A stretch of 64,000 nucleotides of DNA from Gnetum montanum (GCA_015680685.1 MNCI01001713.1:25868-89867), one strand, 5' to 3'; positions 1-14,324 are shown, numbered from the stretch's first letter. Translations and numbers: made by a program. Notes: generated by a model not told the origin, from the letters alone.

Positions 1-1208
1 AATCACACTAAGTAAAGAATTCAGCATTTATTAAAGGCAATGAGTAAGGTATGAAATCATTGAAATTTTTTCAATAACCTTACTAACAATTGATCTTTGT
101 GTGATTATAGATGGCCCCTAAAAGAAAAGCAAAAGGAGGAGAGGTCAGGGCCCGAGCCTATGAAGAGGAACGATGGCTATCGGCGGCATGCATGTCAAGG
201 CCAATCAAGTGTTCCTGCAACTACCGTGCCCATGAAAAATGCTGACCTCATCAAACATTGGAACATAAGCATGAACGGCTCATAATCCTCAAATAGACGA
301 GGAGCAACGTTAGGTGCTTCTTCAATGATATCAATCTCAGAAGCCTGGCACGTAGAACAAAGGAAAGGCACCCATGGAGGAGCCACCATTACTAGGAACC
401 CCATGAGTTCCACAAGTTTTATCTTTTGTGTCTGTGTCCAAATTTTGTTTAATTCTCCATTGTGGCATGAATAAATTCCTAGTTAGTCAATAATCTCATA
501 CCTATCCTTTGTGTATTCAATTGAGCTTGTTCCTCACTTTCTTTGACTCGAGGACGAGTTGTTATTCAGTCATGGGGATATGATGAATCATGGTTTTCAG
601 GGACTGCGTATACTAGGCCCCGTATACGCGGCCCCATATACTAAGCTCGTTGCATATACTAGGCCCCGTATACTAGGCCTCGTATACACAGCCCTGTTTA
701 CACAACGTCTATTCTAGCCTATATATAAGTGGCCCTCCGCCACACCTAGCATCTTTTGGATCAATTGTAGCAAAGCTCTTGCAGTTTGTTTCCGCAAGAG
801 TTAGAATATTTTCCCAAGTGCTTGCTCGCAGTGTGATGCTTGTAATTGTACAAAACCTTTATTCGAGTGTGACGTACTTGAACACGCACATGATCGACAA
901 TAAAGATCGAGATTACTTCATCATTGCAGCATTCACTTAGTTTAATTATTTAATTGTTATTGTTATTTATTATTTTCTTAGTTAATATTTCTTTATCATC
1001 ATTTACTATTCCTGTTGTTAAATGCGGAATGAGTACGACTTAATCACGAGCATTTAAGTGTGACTACTTGGTAACCCAGTAGTGTACCTAGGATCTATGC
1101 TTGGTAATCCCAGTAGTAGTCGTGCACGAGGTCCAAGATGTGTACGAATGATTAAGGTCCAGATGCTCATCGCACTTAGGTTAGCTTAGACTTCATTTCC
1201 TATTACTC
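1..1208 (+). mobile_element. 3' part of an Athila-like Ty3/Gypsy element: decayed 3' (env-like) ORF, PPT and 3' LTR, cut by N at 1209
   Basis: 1-580 is the reverse complement of ~41840-42560, with a ~140-bp deletion. PPT-like CATGGGGATA at 571-580 is followed by LTR start TGATGA at 581. LTR body ~700-1205 matches the LTRs at 41260-41760 and 45920-46410 in reverse. TATA-like CTATATATAAG ~719. Confidence 0.85.
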
Positions 1209-1261
1209 NTTGATGAGTGGCGAGGTATCCTTACACTCAACCATACGAATACGAGNGGGTA

Positions 1262-2132
1262 TGATGAATCATGGATTGGCTATGTTGATTGGGCCCCATT
1301 AACCAGGCCTCATCGACTAGGACCCATTGATGCATGATTTGATGTGTTGACATGGCCTCATTGACGTAGTGTTTGTTTTTGCCTATAAATACACACTCAC
1401 CTACTGTGTTTAGGGTATGTTTTGTCATAATTATAGTAGAGCTCTTGCAATTTTATCATTTGAAAGTTACAATATTTTTCTAAGTGCATGTAGCAAGAGC
1501 CATAAAGTATACGAATCTTTATTCGAGCACTGATGTACCTAAGCATACTAGTGTGAACAACAATAAAGACGAGCCTTTTGATCAAACCTTGCAGCACTTG
1601 AAATAGATTAATGATTTATTTCTACATTTACTATTTTCATTAACTACGTGATTAATTAAGATAAGTAAGACTTTAATTACTTAACTAATTAAGCTAAATA
1701 AATTAAATACATAAGTATGACCACTTTGAGCATAACATACAACACTTGGTAATCCTAATAGTGCTTAATGCTTGGTAAACTAGCAGTGTTGTATGCATTC
1801 AGGATGTGTACGGAAATTAGATGCTTATGTTAGGATAGTTAGTTATTAATTGACAATTAGATTAGTTAAATTGGTTAATAAATTGAGTTTCAACTTGTTA
1901 TCAATCGTAGGCAAATAAAATAAAAAAATAATAAAAATCATATGCCCCAATTACACTTAGCCATACAACTAAGCCTCACAAGTGTAGTTGGGAAGACAAT
2001 GATTGTTACGTTTAGATTTCATTTCCTAAAACTAGCGTACTAAGGAACTTAAGGTCTACAAAATTCGACTGGATTGTGCACGAATGCTTGTAATTCGTAT
2101 GGTTGGGCATAGGGTATACTCATTACTCATCA
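1262..2132 (+). mobile_element. 3' LTR of a diverged member of the same Athila-like family
   Basis: Preceded by the PPT tail GGGTA. Starts TGATGAATCATGG like the LTR at 581. Ends TGGTTGGGCATAGGGTATACTCATTACTCATCA, homologous to the family LTR end TGGTTGAGTGTAGGGGTACCTCGCCACTCATCA. TATA CCTATAAATA ~1382. No PBS follows. Confidence 0.75.
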
Positions 2133-2538
2133 TCAATCTTATTGTTGTTCATGGAATGTGTCCTATACATTGCCACTTGAATAAGACGACGTACATCTAA
2201 CTTAAATCCACACTATGGGCACTTATTGATTGTTCTCTAAGACTACGAAATAAAACAAGGGTTTGATTACTCTATTGACAAAGGAATGTCAAATACATGG
2301 CGGGAACATGCGTATTTATAGGCAAAAAATAGATGTTGCATGTTGACACATCAAATCATGTGTGGATGAGGCTACTTTGATGAAAACCCATCAACATAGC
2401 TACAATATCGCATCTACAACATCGTAGATGCAATGTAGCAACCAATTGAGACACATCGACATGGATGCTACAACGTAGCTACAGTGTAGCATCTACGGCA
2501 TAGCATCTATGATATCTTAGCCAATTGATGCTTCATCA
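2133..2538 (-). mobile_element. Truncated 5' (U3/R) part of an older related LTR, abutting the 1262-2132 LTR
   Basis: CACTTGAATAAGACGACGTACA and TATTTATAGGCAAAAAATAG match 46253-46272 and 46396-46415. Ends in TTCATCA at 2538, the reverse complement of the LTR start TGATGAA. Confidence 0.6.
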
Positions 2539-3058
2539 ATTAGCATTGGACATGTGGCTATAAAGGGATAAATCTAGCAATAAATTTTTAGTGAAAAGGT
2601 TACTAGTTAAAATCATACTCTTGATTTGAAAACTTAACCTTGTAATAATAATACTCTTGATTTGAAAACGTGAAATTATGAAATTCATTTTAATAGGTAA
2701 TACAAATTATAAAATTATAATTGAGAGTAAATATTAGTAAAAAATAATTTGGTTCCAAACACCCCATTATTATATTCCTTTATAATTGTAATTCAAGCTA
2801 CTGACATTGACTATAAATATATTTCGAGAAGTTTGTCACGATAACTCTGGAAGTCATTGAAAACTTGGCAAAGTTACTTTGTTGCGTGGGTTCTGCTGGA
2901 AACGTGCGAAAATGACAGATTCGATCAAACACCAGACAGAATTTCAATCGGGAAAACAATATCTCCCGCAGGAATCCGAAAAAGCCCAAATTTAGTTGGC
3001 GAAATTGAAGTTTCGTTGTTCCGAACTGAGGAGAAAGCTCAATTTTGCAGTTTCGGAA

Positions 3059-6000
3059 ATGGTGTCGCAACCACAGTGTCAAACTCCACAACAACAACAA
3101 CAACAGATGCAGCAAGAAACGGAAAGTATTCAACACTTACATACGGCATCAATTGTTGCTGCTGCTTCTGATTCAGGAAATGAGATGCTTGCTTTAGTCG
3201 GAGCTCTCGAAACGGCTCTATTGCCATGTCTCCCTGCTCGAGAACTCCAGGCCATTGATCGCTCTGCTCATCCATCTCATCAGAGTGTGTACATCGCTCT
3301 TTATTTTAAGGGCTTTTTCATTTTTCATACCGTTGTTTCGTTGTAATGTTTTCAATTGTTCACTCTTTCTAAAGATTGCATCTGAAAACCTGCACTGTAT
3401 CTAGAGAAACAGTTTCGGTTTGTTCTTTACGTCAATGATAGATTTGCAGGTCGAATTGTGTACTCTTTTGTAAGGAACTTTGCGATTAAGTGTCGGTTTT
3501 GCTCTCAGCTTTTACGATTTTAGAATCTAGTTTTTGCATTTTTACTGGTTTCTTTACGTTACCTACTGTCTACGACTTAGGGTTTAGGATTTTAATGTCA
3601 GTTACATTGTTTGTGCAGTTGATGTGGAGAGACATGCCAGAGATTTCATGGAAGCAGCGAAGAAATTGCAGCTGTACTTCATCCATCTTCAGCATCAAAG
3701 TCAGCCAAACAGAGAGGATTCTTTGAAAAAGGTGACCAGCAGATCCTTTGTATATTTCCTGCATTGCTTGTACAACAGCGCAATTTAACTTATCATAGCT
3801 TTAATGGATTTATGGTTAAGTATTTGAGCAGTTGATTCCATAAAAATGTATAAAAACGCGGAATTATAACTGGGTCGCTATTTAGATGTTTCTGCTTAAA
3901 ATGACATGGATTTATTAAAATAAAGTAACGACAAATAAATATACAAACGTTTATCATCTCACCAAGACATCAAAATATTGAGTAACTTGCCATTTTATCG
4001 TATTGGTGGAGCGATTAGGGATTAGTTCCAATGGTGAAAGAGACTACATAGATTTAATAAGATGTCAGTCTAGGGGACAGTGCTGTAATGATAGTAATGC
4101 CATTATATTATATTAGCAATGATAGGCAAGATTTAAGATGGTTGTAGCAGCTTCAGACAAAAGAAAGTATGTAATGTAAATGGAAACATCATTTTTTATT
4201 TGTAATTTGTCGTATAATGTTTTAAAAACTAATTGATTACTAGTGCTCCAGAGAAATTAGAATCAACAGGATTTATTAAGGTTTGATGTTTCATCAATTA
4301 TGCATCTGCTGCTCAAACTTTGTTGAAAAATTAACTGAAAACATAGAAGTGAAATGGAATGGCAGAAAGAGTTTATGAATGAAATGATGATACAGTGCAG
4401 AAAGTTATTGGATAGTCGCCAACAATGAAGTAGCTAACGGCTGTTTGTGAGAAACTATATTTGAAATCTATAAACGAAAAATAAAACATGGAGTAAGTTG
4501 GAAATGGAATCACAGTGAAAGGAAGGATAGCACAGAAGCTCTGTTAGCTCAAATGCAACATTTAGAAGCTACTGTGGAGGAGGCTAGCATGCATAGAAGA
4601 TTGAAACTGAGAACGTTTAGAGTAAATACAGCACATTGTAACTAAGGATGCTGTATTAAATAGTTATATCTCAAACTACACGTGAAACTGCATTATTTTT
4701 CTTTATTATATGTACTTTCAAGAGGTTTTCCTATGTATGTTTGCATTCTCATGTCCTTACGTAGTGTCATCTCTGAAACTAGTTAAGCTAATCACAACAT
4801 TTAACTACAGGTACATTATATAGTTATACAATGGCGGGAATTACAGTTGTGATCGTTACAGCCTTCAGTTTAAACTGAATGTCATGTTGGAGAACAAAGC
4901 ATCTATGTTAGATTCTGATAGGTTAAGATGCAGCACAGCAATTGTTGTTAAATATGGAGTTAGTCAATTTGATCATTTCTTTTATTGTCTTATGATAAGC
5001 AAAGATAGTTTACGGTATTTTACTTTGGCTTGGCCATTCAGAAAAAAATATGTCTAAGTGGTGGAAGCAAAAGATTTACTTTTAGGTGAACTGTGAAATT
5101 GAGCCTGAAAAAATGACAACATTTGGTACATGAATTGATGGAATAGCAATAGGAAGGAAAAGTGGCATGATAGGAAAGGACCAGTTGGGATAAGTGCACA
5201 GAACCTGTCACAAAAACTTGATGGTGAAACATATTTTGAAAACTCCTAGAAAGCTAAGATATAAAAGTTTAAGGGATGAGAAGGCAGAAGGTTTTGTTGT
5301 TGTTGTTGTTGGAGCAAATGACAAACCCCAGATCTAGGTAACAACAACAACTGATGATAAAAAAATTGGATATATGTTCCAAAGAACAATGAAAATCACT
5401 CATAATGCTAGAGATATCATGCACCTATGAATCATAACATAAAATAAAATTAGTCTAGGGAATAGTTTATCATTGGTTTGCCATTAAAAAATCCTTCTAT
5501 AATGTGCTAGGTTTTGCCACATCATTAAGGCTTTTTTCCACATTGATTCTGAGTGACACTGCTTCTGCTAAAAAAGCTTCATGGTTCTTTTGTATACCAA
5601 ACACACCATGGTAAAGCTTCCCAAACTTTAGATCTATCTATCTTTATTCCACTTTCTTCAGTGCCATGTCTCAATGAAATCGACTATATTTTGTGTGGAT
5701 GGCTGAGCATGTCCTGAGGCCCCTTGAAAATGTTGCCATAATGAAATCACAAAAGGACATTGATAGAATAGATGATTTAGTGTCTCTGACACCTATGAGA
5801 CAAAAGTGGAATTATTATTCTTTTTAATATCTCAGTTGTAAAGGTAAACCTTGCTCAACAGTCTTCCTATGGTAACTTTAACAATAAATAATCTCGGATG
5901 ATGGGTGTAAATCTTGTCAGTAAAAGAAATTGGAAATACAACTTGTTGTAGCTCCCTTAATGTTTGATAAGCATTTTGTAATTGATAGATAGATGTTTCA

Positions 6001-9000
6001 TTCCACTTCCAAACATTATTTTGGAAAGAGGCATATTGGGAAAACCAAAGTTTTATAGCTTGAAAACCCTTCCAAACTGGGGATAGACTTGTAATAATGA
6101 TAGCATTCAAAAAATTATATTCTCCATAAAAATATTTCATTTTCATCACTTGGACCCATGGCTTTTTTTTTTTTTTTTTTTTGGTACAAATCTGCCATGC
6201 AATCTTGCCCAGGACAGTATTAATGGCCTCAAGATGTTACAGGTTCCATCTCCTACTTGTCCATGGTTGGCAAAGTTGATCCCATCCAAAATAGTGAAGA
6301 GACTTCTTCAAGTGATTAGACCATAAAAAAGTCCTTTCTCTCTTTTCTCTCTCTTGTAGAATTTCTGTTAGGCACTTAAAACAAGAAGCATAGTACACAG
6401 GCAAAGCTTGCAGATCTGAGAAGTTGTAGGTGACCTTCCTGTGGCAAGAACATGTGGTCTGATATTATATGTTAGACACAGCATGAAAACAATGCACAAA
6501 ACTTTTTGAAATAGAGGAAGAAGAAGGGTCCTGTGGAAAAGTTACTTAAAACCTAGTAGAAAAGAAGTGAGATTTTTATGATGGGATTCTAAGCGAATTA
6601 GGCTGTTTTTGATTTCAAAGTGTACAAGGATTAGAGGAGCAAGAGACCTATTGCCATGAAAGATATGAGAACACACCTTGCTACAAATTCCAGGCTGTTG
6701 TTGGAAGAGTTAGAGGCATGGAGCTTGAGACTTAGAAGCTTGGAGCACAAGAAGGATTCAACTCAACATTTTTTCTAATCATTTTTTTCAGACACTTTGT
6801 AGTAGATGAATTTAGACATACTATAGCCTAGGGCTTTAAATGAAATAAAAATAGATAAGCCATGGATGGTACAATTGTGAATTTAATTTTAGAAAGTTCT
6901 ATGGAAGTTTATTAACTAACTATTTTAATGTCTAACACACTTTCATAAATATTAGAATTCAAGTTTCTAACAAATTAAATACTTGAGTCTTTGAAATAAG
7001 GAAGATTGAAAGCTGTAAATCAAATAGGATGGATTGGTACTATAATTATTGTTATCTTGGTTTCTTGTTTTTGAGAGAGCATGCATAATGCAATAGGTTA
7101 TTGTCATGCTATGCTTGTTTGGTCTTTAAGGTTTGAATAAACCTATGGTTATACTCCAAATTCCAAAATTTTATTGTCAGCAATATCTTTCAATACCAAT
7201 TTTTTTTTGTTAATAATCTATTTGTTGATCATTCAAAGAATAATGATAAAATAAGATTGCACATCCATTTCTTAATTGTGTTTTTTTAACTTAAGTCATG
7301 GTGGAGATGTCCAACATCATCTTGGTTTCTTTATCCATCTATGATAGGCTAACCATTAAAGTAGGCAAAGGATTTGACAATGATTTACTATGGTCAGTTG
7401 TCCACCTAATGCCAAAGATGCCATAATCCCTAAACATATATCATCATTGTGCCCTTAAGAGGCTGGAGTCTTAGCATATCACTTGGAATTGAACCTGTGA
7501 CTTGCAAACCATAAGTCACCTGGTCTAAGTCTTAGTTTTAGCATGCCCTTGGACTCATTTGCCTTCTCTCAATTCTTATACCTATGTTGTGGATTTCAAA
7601 TTAGAAAAGGAAATCAATACAATGAACGAAAATTCAAAATGATTCAAGGTCATATCTATATAAGAAAGTATAGCAAAGTGAAGTAGAAACATGAAGACAA
7701 AATTCAAAGTCAAAAGATCAAGCAAAGACAATTTAGATTTTAAGAAAGTATAGCAAAGTGAAGTAGAAACATGAAGACAAAATTCAAAGTCAAAAGATCA
7801 AGCAAAGACAATTTAGATTTTTTGTAACATAGGGACATAAGCCTTGTAATTCTCATTTGATTTTTTATGCCATATAGGAAAAAATAGGAAAATTCATTTA
7901 TTTTCCACTTTATTAAATGATTGATGAGCAGATGTAACTGTAATATAGCCTCAATATCTCATGTCCCTTTATTTCCTAGCCATATTTTTTAAATCAGACC
8001 TGTCACATACATAGTTATGATGGCCCCATGAAATTCCTATAAATACATAGCCTTATCATTTTGTGAAGACTTGAAAAAGTTATTCAATGAAAGATATTGA
8101 TTTGATTCAGAATTTTCTCAATTATTTCATTTTCCATCAATTCATCAGTCATCTTTCCAACAATTCCATCATCTATTAATATTCATCATCTAACAATCTC
8201 CATTCCATCAACATTTCATCATGAAATTCCAACAAGCCATCATCATCACTTGTTTATTTCAATACTCCAGTTCACCAATTTATCAACATCATAAAGTTTT
8301 TGCAGCATTTGTCATTGACTTTCATTTTCCAGCAGTTCAAAATTATCAAGATTAAATCTTTGAAGCATCTTAGATGAAGTATATAAGGAGATGAATCCAA
8401 CAAACCAAGTCTTGTTGAAATTTGATAAGTAAAACCTGAGATATTAAAGATCTTTAGTTTGACCACTACCAGTGGTCATTTACCACGACCATTGGTGGCT
8501 CCACCACAACTAGTGGTCATGTACCACTGCTAGTGGTTGTTTCAGAGTTTAAGGTAAATTCACTGCGACTACTCCAAGACCTATGGCAACATTGTGGGAT
8601 ACACAGTTTTAATTTATCTTCTGTTTCAACTTTACTATGACCTCACCACGAGTAAGGGTCTAGTCAGCACCACCATCCTTCACCGCCACAATTGGTGTAC
8701 TCAGTTTTGATGTTTTCTTTGCCATGACCTCAACACTACCAATGGTGACCTTACCACAACCAATGGTCAGCGTCACAACTGGCACAACCAGTGGGATACT
8801 CAGTTTCTCAACCCTGATTTCACTAGGACTGGTGGTATTTCATCATGACTAGCAGTCAACCTTACCACAACCTGTGGTTTGTCAAATTTTCATTTTTTCA
8901 GAGATTTTGAATTCTAAAAAAAGGATTTTAAATCATTCATCTGCTGCTCACCTTAAAAATTCCAACACTAACCACGTGAACAGTGCCTCACTGATACTGG

Positions 9001-9967
9001 ACATGTCCATGCCAAAACATTTTTACTTTTCTTTCGATTGCTGTTGAACAATATTTACTATCTTAATTATTGTAGATAAATTTTTAAATTTAGCGAATAT
9101 GATTAATTTGCACCCTTGTATTACAACACTCACACAAGGTTCGTTATTGACCTTTTTTGGTCAATGTCAAAACATGTTCTTTGCATGAACCCTATTAAGA
9201 TTCTAATTGGGTTTGGCATTTTCTATTGAATTTCAAGCACCAGACAGATTATTACTTGAATTAATGGGTTGCTTGGTTAGACATTTATCAGAACTTGTTC
9301 GCATTACGATTGTTAGGGACTACCACTTGGAGTGATGGTAAAGTGCTTATTTCTTAAGCCATAAGATCTGGGTTCATACCTGGGTGCAGCCACGTGAAGA
9401 AGGTTAGGCTTTCACTTATCCATCACCCTCCCAGGACCTTGCCTTGATGGAATGAGCATTGAGCCTGTGTGTGATGATCCTTTGTTGAGATTATGATTGT
9501 TGCATTAGCCTGTTTCCCCCCTAATTTTTAATTTTTCAGTGTGTGAGAACTCTTGAAACTACTATGTCAATTTGCTTGTTACTTGAATCTTCAAGTAAGA
9601 ATTGGTTACAGCTATTGTCTTCATGTTTGTAAGCTGCTTTCATATTTTCAATCAAGCTTCGGATATTTATAATGTGATTTACTTTACAATCTTTTACCAC
9701 CATTGCACCTTTTCTAGACGTAAGCTTTTAATTTTTCATTTCGTTTCGTTTCTTTTTTTCCTCGCAGAAATTAGATGCATTTTGATAATTTCACTGAAAG
9801 TAGTTTGTCATTATTGTTATCTGCAAATTCAGGAAATCGATTTGCTGGAAGAAGAACTTAAAGCCAAGGATAATTTGATTCACCAGCAAAAAAAGCTTAT
9901 TCAAGAATGGAAAGATCTTCTGATGCGTCAAAGAGCTGCACATATAACTGAGCTGGAGAGAGTATAG
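3059..9967 (+). CDS. MED28: Mediator of RNA polymerase II transcription subunit 28
   Basis: Exons 3059-3284, 3619-3731 and 9833-9967, all GT-AG and in frame. Spliced protein reads ...ALETALLPCLPARELQAIDRSAHPSHQ|IDVERHARDFMEAAKKLQLYF...SLKK|EIDLLEEELKAKDNLI...ELERV*, the plant MED28 signature. Short CAA/polyQ run in exon 1. Confidence 0.96.
5450..6750 (-). mobile_element. Highly decayed L1-type LINE ORF2 3' fragment in MED28 intron 2
   Basis: Frameshifted translation at ~6000-6150 (KMK.F.WRI..NAII...PV..G...IK.L.F.....NVWK) resembles the zf-RVT region of plant L1 ORF2. Boundaries approximate. Confidence 0.4.
7445..7560 (-). mobile_element. Possible decayed tRNA-derived SINE head
   Basis: Minus strand has box-B-like GTCACAGGTTCAATTCC. 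No convincing cloverleaf, CCA end or TSD. Confidence 0.3.
7585..9128 (+). mobile_element. Solo-LTR-like element in MED28 intron 2, related in organisation to 21026-23032
   Basis: Termini TGTTGT...ACAACA. TATA CCTATAAATA ~8036. CATCA-rich segment, then ACCAC/GTGGT repeat cluster at 8460-8880, in the same order as in the 21-23 kb solo LTR. No TSD found. Contains an exact 80-bp tandem duplication (7661-7820). Confidence 0.45.
9315..9489 (+). mobile_element. Full-length tRNA-derived SINE resembling the Au family
   Basis: Box A TGGAGTGATGG (9328) and box B GGTTCATACC (9371). Body GCAGCC...GGTTAGGCT...CCCTCCCAGGACCTTGC is collinear with the Au SINE consensus as I recall it. T-rich end. 12-bp TSD ATTA(C/T)GATTGTT at 9303-9314 and 9490-9501. 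Confidence 0.8.
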
Positions 9968-12900
9968 AAATTATTTTTGGAGTAGGTGTCTTTAGAGCTA
10001 ATCAGTGAAATATTTATGAATTGACAGTTTCATCTTTGCTTTCATGGGTAACTTCCTGTTGGCGTATGGGAATGATGCAGTGTGCCATTGGTTAGAATAC
10101 AGGTCATAGTGATTTCTGTATGTTGTCCTATTCACAGGTGTACTAGAAAAATATGCAAAAACTGTTTGGCTACATTTATCTTTAAAGAAAACAACTTTTT
10201 TTTTGTTGGCCAGCTACATTGTGGGTAAGTACATTTGTTGTAGGTTGTAGGCTTAAGCTCTGCTTCCAGCACCAACGGGAGCCGCTTTCGTAAAGTTTCA
10301 CTTATCCAAACATTTTTTAAAAAAAATTGTACTTTTTAGCTCAGACAAGGGGTACACAAGGATGGACTAGTTTGTCTTTGTTAATAAACAAAAGGGACAT
10401 TAGTTTAGAATGTTATATGGCAATGATGTGCGTCTCAATCAATGTTTAAAGGATGGAGCTTCTTTTATTTTTTGTTTCAGTGTCCGAGAGGTGCCTACAT
10501 TATAAACCTTTTGTTAAGATCTTTAACTTAAGACAATTCCTAATGATAGTTCAAGTTAGTCATGGTGTAGTTTTGAAGGTTGAAGGCCCTTCGAATAATA
10601 GGATCTCTACTGTGAAATATCTAATTTTAAAAAATAAATGTAATCTTATGTTTCATTTGATCAGCAGGTGTAGCTTCCAGGTTATGACCTTCAGTGAGTT
10701 GTGCGTGGAATGATGGTGTAAACGAAATAGTTAAAATCAGATTTTGTAAAAGAAACAGTTGATTTAGAAGCATATAAATTCAAGTAGAGCAATTTAGTGT
10801 TTGATAGCAAGTTATAAAAACATGGGTGGGCATTATCCATGGTGGATGAATCACACTGGTTGTTCATGGTTGCATTTGTAAACCATAGTACTTCTAACGG
10901 TCATTTTGGGGTAACATTCAACAGTATGTAGAGTTGCATGTCTAATGGTAATTTTGAAGAATTTCTAATGAGAATTCTTTTATTGTACACAATATTATTA
11001 TCTTTCTACCATTGCCTTTATTTTGTTTCAATTCTATTCGTTAAGTCATTATTAATTTAATGATTGATTTATTAAAGTTATTCCATGTATTGTATAGTTT
11101 ATGTTAATTGGTTTTGGTTGTTTTTTCAGTCTTTTGTAGGAAAGGCTTAGATTTATCTAACAAACACTATCATTTGCAAAGAACATATATCATTATATAT
11201 ATCTTGTATTTCTTTAGTTATCACACCTATAACTACTCCAAAGCAAGAAGGCCTTAGAGCAAATCCTTGGTGTAGGCTATCATCATAAGGAACTTAGTAG
11301 TTCCTCTATAGAGTGTGTGAGTTCTAGTTGTAATGTCATCATGCATGTCTTGGGTAGTGTTGATATATTCCATTAGAATACCTTTCTTTAGGGACTTTAT
11401 CATAAGCCTTTTTGAAATTAATTAAAATCATATTCCAAAGTTTCCTTTTGTTATCTAAATTTCTCCATGAATTGTTTGTGAAAAAATAGTTTACATGGTA
11501 GATCTTGAAGGCATAAAACTACACTACTGGGAACTTTGATCCTTGTTGACACTATTTTGTTGTGCATTTCTTATTGTCTTCATACCACTTTTCTTTTAAA
11601 TTCACATATTGTTCATGTAGACATTCAAAATCTATGGTTCTATTAGCAATCTATTCTTTAATTGTGTTATTTTTTCTTCTTTTAGGTTCTCCCATTTTAT
11701 ATTGGATAAAGTCTAAAGTCTCTATTGTATGTCAAGTTGCAAGTCTTTGCAATCTATTTTTCTTATGTCAATTTCACTTTTGAAAGTCACCAAGTGCTCA
11801 AACTATTTCTTAAAATAAATATTTCCTCTTGCAAGCTCATAGCTTTGTAAGCACTGTGCAAATTCAAGGATTTTCTTCTCCATTTCATCTCTCCAAGTCA
11901 ATGTCCTTCATGAATCTTCTCAAAACCTATCTAGGATGAATTCATGTCCCATTGAAATCTAATCTTTTTTGCACCACTAAGCTATGTATTCCCTTCCAAT
12001 CAAATTCCTTACCATCTACACTAAATTTGGGAGTCAAGGGTTTTTAATTACATGAGATTTCCTTGGTTGCACATTGCTAGGTTGAGAATACATTATTAAA
12101 ATGTTTTTCTCTTTAATCTTCCTTATAAGCTAGTATTTCATATTAACAATGAGGATGGTAAGGGTCTTGACTTGATAATCCCAAGCCATAGGTTTTATTC
12201 AAGGGTACTAGAGGACATAAGTAAAAAATTTAGTTTCAATAACCTTATTTTATATTATTTGTGTTTCTAGTTAAAAATTCTCATTTAAATATTTAATTAG
12301 CTTTTTGTGCATGTTGCTCTTTAAATTCTTAAGGGTTTCCTCTAAATTTTTCATTTATCTTACTATGAATCACAATGTAAAGTATCATATTCATAAAATT
12401 AATTTCAATTTCATAAAATTTTAAAATTATACATCTTGAAGTACATACAATTCTTTCAAAGTTAAAATGATAACTTTTCTAGATGAATTACATGCATTGC
12501 ACAAGTATCTTTGGCTATTTTATTCCCATCCTATTGGGCATCTTGCAAGACTTATCTACAAAACGCAAAAGCTACAACAAATCTTATATTCATTTTAAGT
12601 TATGTTCAAAACCTATATGATGTCACAAAAGGTTATGTGAGATTATTCATCACCTATTAATTAAATTGAATAAAAAAATTTCCCTCAATTGGTCGCCCCC
12701 ATGTGCATGTAACTTTCCTTGTAAAATATTTCCATCTTTAGGCAATGCATATAATTCACCTTACCCCATCCATTCATAAAAATATTCTCATTCAAAATCG
12801 AATTAATGTGTTTCTAGCTGTTTCGTTTCTATCATGAATGTGCGCAGACATCTCAAGTCAAAACATGTAGCTTAAATCCTTTAATCCTAAATGTGCGCAG

Positions 12901-13384
12901 ACATCTCATGTCACAACATGTACCTTTCATCCTAAAAATCAAAGGTTCAGTCCTGAAATTCGATGAATATCTAAGGTCTATTACAGTGACAGTGACAACC
13001 ATAATAAAATTTAAAACAGCTTTATGTATAACATAGAAATAGAAATTTATAGCACTAATGGACCTAGTGACCTTCTTAAAATTTGTATATTTGAGAAATG
13101 CGAGCATTCAACGATTTAACAATGTCATCTATGCTATTTCATTTTAAAAACACTTTCAGAAGTTATCTTGCCAAATAAAAACAGTTAACGCTGCACGGCC
13201 ATCATATAGCAATATTATCAAAATTAACCATCAATGTTGTTTATTCTTTATCACATGATATTTAGTAATAGGTGCTGTAAAAATCCAGTCACTATACACG
13301 TTAAATATTTACGAAAGAAAGGAGTGTTTATATTTGCAGAACTAAACAAGGTAAATTACACCTGATTTTGCTAATACTATTTCA

Positions 13385-14286
13385 TCAGATGTTATGATAT
13401 AATGCTGCTGCAAACATCATGCCAATGGATGCTGCACAAAGCGCCACAATGCCAGCAGGATTAATTTCCTGCTTGATGATGCATCTTTCTCCTGTTGATA
13501 CAAACATAGAACATCAAATCAAAAACTATCACAGAAATGCAGAAATTTCTTGCAACGTCATTATAATATCTTCTCTAACCTGCCCAGACCATAACTCCTA
13601 CAGAAGATCCCAGCCCTAATATATAAGCATCAATGCCATTGTGCCTGTCACAGGAAAAGAAAAGTTAGGTATCTTAAAATTTTCAAACAGGGCAGATTTC
13701 TGCAAGTCAGCAAATAGATCAAAGCTCTCGAGAGAGGACTACAGAACTTTTCATTATGACATCCTGAATACAGGCTAGGTATGCACATACAATCACAAGC
13801 AGTATGCATGTATACATTCTACAAGAAAGCTCTCTAGTGGCAAGAAATATTATCGAAGGAACACTGTATTATTTTTATAAGATTTAAGCCCTATTAATTA
13901 AAAATAATATTCCAGGCTCCTACATTAAGAATTTTACAATTAAATATTATTAAATTTGGTCCTTTGTGAATTACTAAAATCTTTCGATTCTGTTTTATCT
14001 GCTTCGAACAAGTAAAAAGAAAATTCTTATTAACTGCTGGGGCTTAGACGGTTCTGGTGTCTTGTTAAATGATGGGAATTGTATTCAAATCTTTCTGTTC
14101 GCAAATATATATAAAAACACAAACCAGCATGGCAAACCAGTGACAATCCAAAGAATACATGCATGCAGCGCAAACTAAACAAATTTCTACACAAGTCACA
14201 AAGACCACAGAGTTTTAATTCTGCTTGGATTCTCCTTATTGTCAAAAGGAACCAGTTACGTTATTTAAAGCCTCTCCATCGTGTAT

Positions 14287-14324
<38 letters not shown>

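Noticed and set aside
1210-1255. 46-bp inverted LTR end between two LTRs
   Set aside because: Flanked by Ns on both sides; a misplaced repeat contig.
7661-7820. Exact 80-bp tandem duplication
   Set aside because: Two identical copies in an intronic TE; a recent slippage or an assembly artefact with no functional clue.
12479-12510. Helitron-like 3' end (CTAG plus TGCATTGCA hairpin); similar motif at ~62548-62584
   Set aside because: Hairpins are too degenerate, and no matching 5' end or helicase remnant could be shown.
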